From NCBI GenBank assembly GCA_043802665.1, contig JAZDKW010000015.1, forward strand, positions 1 through 45,287: a DNA stretch of 45,287 bases, written 5' to 3'. The first letter of the stretch is position 1, and each line of letters begins with the position of its first letter. Position numbers and translations under genes: made by a program. The stretch is from Patescibacteria group bacterium. Lineage in GTDB: Bacteria > Patescibacteriota > Kazan-3B-28 > UBA10110. Below, piece after piece: positions 38,827-45,287 of this stretch. The notes under the pieces are model-generated. The model saw only the letters and a program-made list of their open reading frames with translations. It was not told the DNA's origin and ran no database searches.

Positions 38827-39531
38827 TTAAATCCGATAATATTTGATGGGGATCTTCCCGGCACCCAACGGGGCCAACTTAGCAAAAGCCGGTTTGTTGA
38901 GATCCAGCATTACATCTGTCCAAGCCTCGGGACCGTAGTCATTAATGGTAATTACAATAGCTTTTCCAGAATTAACGGCAATTACCCGCAAGCGAGTTCC
39001 CCTGGGGAATTGAGTGCTGGCGGCGTTCATGCCGGTGCCAAAACTATACCAGCTGGCTGTGCCGTGGTAGGTGGGAGATTTAGCGACGAGAGCTTCCTCG
39101 GCTTTAAGTTGGGCTTCGGCCGCCTTTTGTTTGGCTAAATCAGCCACTCTTTTAATAGTATCTTGCATATTGGTCGCCACGATAGTATTGCGCGCGGTAG
39201 GTTGAGTGGTGATAGCAACAAAACTCTGGTTGGTTAAAATTTTTGACCGGACTGGAGTCACGGAAGTTACCTGCTGGTTGCTAAGATTAAGCTCATTCAA
39301 GAGTCCCCCCACAGTCAAACTATCGGTAGTGTAGGTATCAGCCAGGCCGTTAATAGAAACAACTACTGTTTTAGTGCTGGCTTCTACCACGGTGCCTAAT
39401 TGAGATAGAATATAAACTAATAAAATCACCGACCCAATTGTTGCCGCGTTTGCCCAAGGTCTAATCTTAGGATGAAGCAGAGATTGGGGTGAAGATGAAC
39501 TTTTTGATTTATCTCTATGATTAACCAACAC
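38827..39531 (-). CDS. Cell-wall protein with DUF348-like and RlpA-like double-psi beta-barrel domains
   Basis: N-terminal TM, TVGGLL segment, GTASWY, INDYGP, LDL...AF; upstream of rsmA like yabE/rpfB. Confidence 0.8.
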   Translation of the reverse strand: MLVNHRDKSKSSSSPQSLLHPKIRPWANAATIGSVILLVYILSQLGTVVEASTKTVVVSINGLADTYTTDSLTVGGLLNELNLSNQQVTSVTPVRSKILTNQSFVAITTQPTARNTIVATNMQDTIKRVADLAKQKAAEAQLKAEEALVAKSPTYHGTASWYSFGTGMNAASTQFPRGTRLRVIAVNSGKAIVITINDYGPEAWTDVMLDLNKPAFAKLAPLGAGKIPIKYYRI

Positions 39532-39553
39532 CCTATTATTATATCGTAGAAAT

Positions 39554-41680
39554 TTAAGTACTAAACTCTACAGGAGAAGGGATCTTTTTAATAGGGGCCA
39601 AATTTTTGGCTAATCTTTTTATGCCAAAGCGCTGGAAGGCGGCCACCACCTCGGTTTTGGTAACGCTGATGACCTTTCCGGGACCGAAATGCTTGTGTTC
39701 AATCCAATCACCCATCTTAATCCTGATGGAAGCAGTGGGGATGATGTCTTCGGTTGAGCGGGCAGAGTCATCACCATTGGTACGAAGCTCAGCTGGGATG
39801 TCATCAATAAAGCGAGAAGGCATACTGGGGGCTGCGGTGCCATAAATTAGGCGCTGGATAGTGTAAATTAAATAGAGTTTTTGTTTGGCTCGAGTGATCC
39901 CGACGTAGCAAAGTCGACGTTCCTCTTCTAATTCTTCATCATCTAAAACACTACGGGAGTGCGGGAAAAGATTTTCTTCCATCCCGGCGATAAAGACACA
40001 GGCAAACTCCAGTCCTTTAGCGGAGTGCAAAGTCATCAGGTTGACGGCGTTCTCAGTGGCGTCGTATTTGTCTACATCTTGGATTAGACTGACTTCCTCT
40101 AAGAAAGTAGGCAAGCCGATGCTGATGTCCAGCACATCGTATTTTTCCATTACGCTCTTTAATTCTTTGACGTTTTCAATGCGGGTCTCCCCTTCGATGG
40201 TTTTATCGTCCAACCATCTAAGATAGCCGGTTCGATCCATTATAAAATCAAAAAGTTTGCTTAAAGTTTTGGTATTTTTTCGCGCTTCCGTAAAGATTTG
40301 TCCCAATTTGCGGAGCTCGGCCTGCGCTTTGGCGCCAACTGGGGCATCTAAGAGAATTTCGCTGGTCGGTTGGTTATGAGTAAAAGCATATTTTTGTAAT
40401 TCTTCCCAGGTTTTTTCCCCCACTCCGCGGGGTGGAAGATTGATAATCCGCTTTAGGCTAAGATCATCCTGGGGATTAGCCACTACTTTCAAGAAAGCCA
40501 GAGCATCTTTAATTTCTTTGCGATCGTAGAATCGGGTACCACCAATAATGCGATACGGAATGCCTTGTTGCAAAAAGGCCTCTTCTAATGAGCGGGATTG
40601 GGCGTTGGTGCGGTATAAAACGACAAAATCGTTAAACTCTAAACGTGGGTCGGCAAATTTGCGTTGTAAAACCTCCTGAACAATGAAACTGCCTTCCTGT
40701 TGCTCGTTGAAGACTTGTTTAACAGTGATAGGATCCCCTTCTTCATTTTTAGTCCAGAGCTCTTTTTCACTCCGGTGTTTATTGCCAGCGATAACTGCGG
40801 CGGCACTGTTAAGCAAGTTTTGGGTAGAGCGATAGTTTTCCTCTAATTTAACAATCTTGGCTTTGGGATAATCCTTATTGAAGTTAAGAATATTACGATA
40901 ATTTGCGCCCCTAAAGCTGTAAATCGACTGCCAGTCATCGCCACAAACAAAAATATTTTTATGTTTATCTGCTAATAATTTCATTAATTGATATTGGGCA
41001 GTATTGGTATCCTGGTATTCGTCTACCATCAAATATTTAAACTTGCTTTGGTATTTAGCGAGAACAGCTGGATTACCTCGGAATAATTGAACAGTCATCA
41101 TTAGCAAATCATCAAAGTCCAAGCTGTTATTGGCCAACAAAATTTCTTGATAGCGCGGATAAACCTTAGCAACGACCTTTTGGAAGTAGCCATAAGCCAT
41201 TTCGGGGTATTCCTCGGCATTTATAAGTTCGCTTTTGGCGGAGGAAATATAATTTAACACTGCCCCAGGAGCGAACTTTTGAATATCAATATTTAGGTCG
41301 TTCATCGCCTGCTTGGTAGCCGTGAGTTGTTCATCGGTATCCAAAATAGTGAAATTTTGATTCCGGCCAATGTGTTGGATGTCGGAGCGCAAAATCCGCG
41401 CGCACAGCGAATGAAAAGTGCTGATATGAAAAGCCCGGTCGGAACGGAGGCGGAGGAGGTGTATAATCCGCTGTTTCATCTCCCCGGCCGCTTTGTTGGT
41501 GAAAGTAACCGCCAAAATCTCGCCCGGGGTAGCTTTTTTGGTTTGGACTAAATAAGCCACCCGCGAGGTCAGGGTTTTGGTCTTTCCGCTCCCGGCTCCC
41601 GCCAAGATCAAGACCGGCCCTTCCGTGGCCTTCACCGCCTTCACCTGCTCCGGATTAAGATTGTCTAATAAATCCATCAT
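39554..41680 (-). CDS. pcrA: UvrD/PcrA DNA helicase
   Basis: LAGAGSGKT, TFTNKAA, VDEYQDTN, GDDWQSIYSFRGA, NYRST, TLHSAKGLEF, EERRLCYVGITRA. Confidence 0.97.
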   Translation of the reverse strand: MMDLLDNLNPEQVKAVKATEGPVLILAGAGSGKTKTLTSRVAYLVQTKKATPGEILAVTFTNKAAGEMKQRIIHLLRLRSDRAFHISTFHSLCARILRSDIQHIGRNQNFTILDTDEQLTATKQAMNDLNIDIQKFAPGAVLNYISSAKSELINAEEYPEMAYGYFQKVVAKVYPRYQEILLANNSLDFDDLLMMTVQLFRGNPAVLAKYQSKFKYLMVDEYQDTNTAQYQLMKLLADKHKNIFVCGDDWQSIYSFRGANYRNILNFNKDYPKAKIVKLEENYRSTQNLLNSAAAVIAGNKHRSEKELWTKNEEGDPITVKQVFNEQQEGSFIVQEVLQRKFADPRLEFNDFVVLYRTNAQSRSLEEAFLQQGIPYRIIGGTRFYDRKEIKDALAFLKVVANPQDDLSLKRIINLPPRGVGEKTWEELQKYAFTHNQPTSEILLDAPVGAKAQAELRKLGQIFTEARKNTKTLSKLFDFIMDRTGYLRWLDDKTIEGETRIENVKELKSVMEKYDVLDISIGLPTFLEEVSLIQDVDKYDATENAVNLMTLHSAKGLEFACVFIAGMEENLFPHSRSVLDDEELEEERRLCYVGITRAKQKLYLIYTIQRLIYGTAAPSMPSRFIDDIPAELRTNGDDSARSTEDIIPTASIRIKMGDWIEHKHFGPGKVISVTKTEVVAAFQRFGIKRLAKNLAPIKKIPSPVEFST

Positions 41681-41710
41681 TAATGTTAACTTATCCCATT
41701 ATCCCACAAC

Positions 41711-41736
41711 AAAAAACCCACTAGTTAGCGGGTTTT
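41711..41736 (-). terminator. Intrinsic terminator
   Basis: AAAACCCGC-N6-GTGGGTTTTTT on minus strand. Confidence 0.7.
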
Positions 41737-41775
41737 GTAACCAATGAACGAGAGGGGCCGAGAAGACCATTATGA

Positions 41776-42189
41776 CTATGCACCTGATTCTTTTTCCGTT
41801 ACTGCTCCCATCACTACTGACGCAACCAGCGTGATAATGAAGCTCATCGCAATTAGGAGAAAAGTGTAACGCCCTTCACCGACAGTGGGTGGGTCTGCGA
41901 TCGCCTCAAACATTAATAGACAAACAAACAAGATGGCTGCTCGGCGGGGTATGGATATCGGTATAATCGCAATTGGAGTGGCAGTCGCAATATAGAGAAA
42001 TATTACCCCCCAATATGTTCCTATCGGATATAACCATATTGCCAGTGATGTAGAAATAAGCGATGAAACTATTGCAATCTGTGACAAACCCTCTGCATTA
42101 CTTAAATATTCACGGCCTATCCTGGCGATAATTGCTACCATCCATCCCACCGACATCAAACAGAACAACAATGCCACAGCGAAGTACAT
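41776..42189 (-). CDS. Hypothetical membrane protein (about 5 TM)
   Basis: ATG at 42189 preceded by AAGGAGGTGA; promoter TTGACT-N16-TACTAT (42276-42249); start revised from 42234. Confidence 0.75.
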   Translation of the reverse strand: MYFAVALLFCLMSVGWMVAIIARIGREYLSNAEGLSQIAIVSSLISTSLAIWLYPIGTYWGVIFLYIATATPIAIIPISIPRRAAILFVCLLMFEAIADPPTVGEGRYTFLLIAMSFIITLVASVVMGAVTEKESGA

Positions 42190-42331
42190 AGGTGTCGTCA
42201 CCTCCTTATGATTTTTCTTAAGTTCTTGAGTCAAGGTTCTAAGAGTTCATAGTATCAAAAATTTACTCCCAGTCAAGATTATTTTAGTTGTTGTATTCTT
42301 CTGATATACTAATCCTGTAAGGGAGTTTTCT

Positions 42332-43078
42332 ATGTCTGGACACTCAAAATGGGCCACAATCAAGCGGAAGAAAGGAGCACTGGATGCCAAGCGCGGGGCT
42401 CTGTTTACTAAATTAGTCAAAATTATTGAGGTAGCGGCCAGAGGCGGAGCGGATCCGACGATGAATTTTAAGCTAAAATTAGCGGTCCAAAAGGCTAAAT
42501 CTGCCAATGTCCCCAGCACTACTATTGATAAAGCCATCAAAAAAGGGAGCGGGCAGGACAAAGAAGCGAGCAAATTAGAGGAGGTGACTTACGAAGGATT
42601 AGCCCCAGGAAATGTGGCGGTGGTAATTCAAGCCCTGACAGATAACAAAAATCGCACCGTGGCGGATTTGCGCAGTTTTTTCACTAAAGCTGGCGGGAGC
42701 TTTGGCCAGCCGGTGAGTTGGCAATTTAACCATCGCGGGATTTTGCAGGTGGAGAAAGTCCCCGGGAAAACTGATGACCTGGAATTGGCAATTATCGATG
42801 CCGGAGCGCAGGATTTTTCCGATGCCGGCGATGCGATAGAAGTTTATACTGAGCCAAAATTATTAGATCAGGTGAAAAATCAATTAGAATCGGCGGGTTT
42901 TAAAGTAACTTCCAGTGCTTTGGGGCTGGTGCCTAAAAATAAAACTGTGATTGCTGATCCCAGTATGGCGAGAAGGGTGTTGAATCTTTTGGATGCATTA
43001 GATGATTATGACGATGTGACCGAAGTCGCGAGCACTCTCGATGTCCCCGATGAAGTTTTAAATAAATTAGAGGGTTAG
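42332..43078 (+). CDS. yebC: YebC/PmpR family protein
   Basis: MSGHSKWATIKRKK, YEG, TDNKNRT, LDDYDDV; upstream of ruvC. Confidence 0.96.
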   Translation: MSGHSKWATIKRKKGALDAKRGALFTKLVKIIEVAARGGADPTMNFKLKLAVQKAKSANVPSTTIDKAIKKGSGQDKEASKLEEVTYEGLAPGNVAVVIQALTDNKNRTVADLRSFFTKAGGSFGQPVSWQFNHRGILQVEKVPGKTDDLELAIIDAGAQDFSDAGDAIEVYTEPKLLDQVKNQLESAGFKVTSSALGLVPKNKTVIADPSMARRVLNLLDALDDYDDVTEVASTLDVPDEVLNKLEG

Positions 43079-43079
43079 T

Positions 43080-43575
43080 CCCCTCCTGCCTGAGGAGGGG
43101 TTGGGGGAGGAGGGAGTATAATTTCTCCAATTTTGTAAAATCAATAAAACTTTTCTTGTCACCCATTTGCCTGCCCCGAGTATTTGGGGCGCCGCCAAAT
43201 CCTTTTCTGTTACTTTCCCGAGCCTGCCCGTGCCGGGCTTTGACGGCCAGGGGAAAGTAACCAAAGTCTCCAGGCAGTCGTCGAGGCTATGAAATGGCAA
43301 AAATCTCTGGGTGTTAATGGGCCAAACTCAGCCGATATGCCATCGGCCTCAAACATAGCCCTCACCCACAGAGATTTTACTCCCGACTTTACTAAAGCTA
43401 CGACGGGCAGGCATTTCATAACGCCTCTCCCTGCCTACCGGCAGGCAGGCTCCAATGCCCGGTTTTAGGTAGTAGAAACCCAACAGCTCATCCATACTGG
43501 GCAATTTTACTATTGGCAATCTGAATTTGCTCAATGGGTTAGAAGCCAAAAACGCTCGAGCTCCAATGGCTGGAT
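43080..43575. repeat. Composite of nested palindromic repeats
   Basis: Hairpin repeat 43080-43127; GTTACTTTCCC/GGGAAAGTAAC; AAAATCTCTG/CAGAGATTTT; CCTGCCTACCGGCAGGCAGG; blocks shared with 3621-3690 and 45243-45285. Confidence 0.8.
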
Positions 43576-43616
43576 GTCTGGCCCAGGGGAATGCCTTGGG
43601 GTGTAAAATGGAAGAA

Positions 43617-44105
43617 ATGAACAGAATAATTTTAGGGATAGATCCCGGAACTGCTACGACGGGTTTTGGAATAGTGCGAGATGCCAAAGGACAGGTTGAA
43701 TACATCGATTGCGGTTGTATCGCAACGAGCAAAGGCATTCCCCCGGCAGAGCGCCTACTCACTATCCAAAAATCGCTGGAAATACTAATCAAAAAATACC
43801 GGCCAGAGAAAGTGGCAGTAGAAAAATTGTTTTTTACCAAAAACATCACTACCGCTATTTCGGTAGCCGAGGCACGTGGGGTTATTTTGGTATCAGCCGC
43901 TAAACATAATTTAGAAATTGTGGAATATACTCCTCTGCAAGTTAAACAAACTCTTACTGGCTATGGAAAAGCGGATAAACAGCAGATGCAGAGGATGGTA
44001 AAATCTATTCTAAAATTGCAGAACATTCCTAAGCCAGATGATGCCGCTGATGCGTTGGCTATCGCGATTTGTGCTGTGCATCACCAGGTTCGTGTGTCAT
44101 CTTAA
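43617..44105 (+). CDS. ruvC: Holliday junction resolvase RuvC
   Basis: ILGIDPG, AVEKLFF, EARGVI, TGYGKADKQQ, PDDAADALAIA; start moved to ATG 43617 (43608 possible). Confidence 0.96.
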   Translation: MNRIILGIDPGTATTGFGIVRDAKGQVEYIDCGCIATSKGIPPAERLLTIQKSLEILIKKYRPEKVAVEKLFFTKNITTAISVAEARGVILVSAAKHNLEIVEYTPLQVKQTLTGYGKADKQQMQRMVKSILKLQNIPKPDDAADALAIAICAVHHQVRVSS

Positions 44106-44128
44106 ACTGGTGAAGAATTCCTTGCTTC

Positions 44129-44313
44129 GTCATTCTGGCTTGCGCTATCCCTCCGTAGCCTTGGCGAAGGACGGGTCCAGAATCGTATAATTTAAACGGC
44201 TCAATACTTGCCCGCCTTGGGAGGGGGTTGAGCCGTTCAAAACCAGGTCTGGGAATGGCCTCAGGCCCGGAGGCCTTCCAGCTCGCTTTACGAGCACCGG
44301 ACCGAAGGGAAAA
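44129..44313. repeat. Repeat cluster upstream of the orphan gene
   Basis: ATTCTGG/CCAGAAT stem with nested CCCTCCGTAGCCTTGGCGAAGGACGG; AACGGCTCAA/TTGAGCCGTT (44195-44237); AAAACCAGGTCTGGG; GGCCTCAGGCCCGGAGGCC. Confidence 0.8.
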
Positions 44314-44316
44314 CTT

Positions 44317-44376
44317 TTGACTGAAACCTACTCTTTATGTTACTTTGGAACCATTCTTGATTACAATCTTTGACAA
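44317..44376 (+). promoter_or_regulatory. Promoter and boxA-like motif
   Basis: TTGACT-N18-TACTTT with TG extension; AATCTTTGACAA at 44365-44376. Confidence 0.6.
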
Positions 44377-44424
44377 AAGAGGGTTGGCTAATGGCGACCC
44401 CTAGCAGAAAAGTGGAGATGTCTC

Positions 44425-44913
44425 ATGTCAGGCACAAATATAGTTAGCCAGAAGATTATCCAGATTGATCCTGACCAACCGTTTAACCCCACCGAGTTTA
44501 TCGGTAAAGGTTGGACTATTGATGAGGAAGATGAGAGAGATCTTTCTTTCGCCGAATTGGATCTGTCTAAGATTCAGTTCGAGACGTGTCTTAAAGAAAA
44601 TGAATTCGTCATCACCGGTGAGGAAAAGCTTAGGCGCTTGAAAGCTATGAAAGTTATCCGGCATGGTGGCAACATTTTCCTGGCGCTGTGGCAGGATTAC
44701 AAAGCCAATAATGAGAACAGTGGTTTGAAATGGATTTACCAAAACCAAGGAGTTACCCACCTTGATTTCTTTGGCCTTGTTATGCGCAACCCTGTTAGCT
44801 TTCGTCATGTACCCTCTTTTTATTGGCGTAGCGGCAGGTGGTTCTGGCGTTGCCTCTGGCTCGACCGTGACTGGTGGCGCAGTAACCATCCTTCGGCTGT
44901 ATCTACCAAGTAG
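44425..44913 (+). CDS. Hypothetical protein, candidate DGR target with C-terminal variable region
   Basis: GGAG SD; Trp-rich C-terminus ending PSAV; A-poor, NNY-codon-rich 3' end. Confidence 0.7.
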   Translation: MSGTNIVSQKIIQIDPDQPFNPTEFIGKGWTIDEEDERDLSFAELDLSKIQFETCLKENEFVITGEEKLRRLKAMKVIRHGGNIFLALWQDYKANNENSGLKWIYQNQGVTHLDFFGLVMRNPVSFRHVPSFYWRSGRWFWRCLWLDRDWWRSNHPSAVSTK

Positions 44914-44970
44914 AATAGTTTTTAGAATTTTTCCTTATCGCCCTTCCTTCGCACTTTTGTTGTGAATATC

Positions 44971-44995
44971 AGCCCCGCATTGTTGCGGGGTTTTC
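44971..44995 (+). terminator. Intrinsic terminator/hairpin
   Basis: GCCCCGCA-TTGT-TGCGGGGT followed by T run. Confidence 0.75.
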
Positions 44996-45009
44996 TCATA
45001 GGCGCTTTT

Positions 45010-45050
45010 GAACGGCTCAACGAACGGCTCAACGCGTTGAGCCGTTCGTT
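45010..45050. repeat. AACGGCTCAAC palindromic repeat, copy 5
   Basis: Perfect 32-bp palindrome 45019-45050 plus an extra tandem GAACGGCTCAAC. Confidence 0.9.
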
Positions 45051-45112
45051 TTGTCATTCCGACCGGAGTGGAGGGATCTGGTCGCTTTGAAAGCGACCCT
45101 AAGTTATTTTGC

Positions 45113-45287
45113 CACCCATTTGCTCCGCCAAACGGGTGGCGCCCAAAGGCGATCCCAATCCCAAATCCAGTTGCCAAAAACTAAAATTGCCCTTTCTGGA
45201 TTTAACCGCAAACTCCTCCTCGTTCTACTCGTCGTCAGACATGCTCATCCATACCGGGCAATTTTACTATTGGCAATCTGAATTTAC
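45113..45287. repeat. Second, truncated copy of the 43160-43530 element
   Basis: CACCCATTTGC shared with 43160-43170; 45243-45285 matches 43486-43528 at 42/43 nt. Confidence 0.8.

Noticed and set aside
43209-43290. RNase P RNA or tmRNA in the structured spacer
   Set aside because: GGGAAAGTAAC is not the GAGGAAAGUCC P4 signature, and no tRNA-like ends or T-loop were found.
43067-43849. Minus-strand ORFs in the yebC-ruvC spacer and the 30-aa N-terminal extension of RuvC from 43527
   Set aside because: They translate repeat sequence or ruvC antisense; RuvC homology starts at MNRIILGIDPG, with a -10 box 7 nt upstream.
44935-45281. ORFs 44935..45177 and 45051..45281
   Set aside because: They run across terminator and palindromic repeats, lack an SD and have no recognisable motifs.

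Overview
Origin-proximal chromosomal segment of a small-genome bacterium, most likely CPR/Patescibacteria (inference from compact gene content; standard code, TGA used as stop). The middle (5.6-41.7 kb) is mostly housekeeping: recF-dnaN-[oriC]-dnaA, rpmH-rnpA-yidD-yidC-jag, a surface glycosylation cluster (methyltransferase, Wzx flippase, two GT4, two O-antigen-ligase-like proteins), hppA, VanW, holA, rpsT, DHH, rpsO-pnp, UDG, rnj, ftsK, yajQ, recA, an L,D-transpeptidase, rsmI, Nramp-like, rsmA, RlpA-like and pcrA. The two ends (polA-mutM-recF and yebC-ruvC onward) carry orphan genes built as self-contained cassettes (sigma70 promoter, boxA-like leader motif, strong SD, ORF, terminator) set among several families of dispersed palindromic repeats. 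Most notable: (1) two copies of a ~110-bp MITE-like element inserted inside start codons and regenerating them; (2) three unrelated exported proteins sharing a duplicated leader/signal-peptide module; (3) an AACGGCTCAAC palindrome and an AAAACCAGnTCTGGG motif marking cassette boundaries; (4) an orphan gene whose 3' end looks like a DGR variable region, with no RT in the window. No tRNA, rRNA, CRISPR array, integrase or transposase was recognised. All calls are by eye, without database searches.
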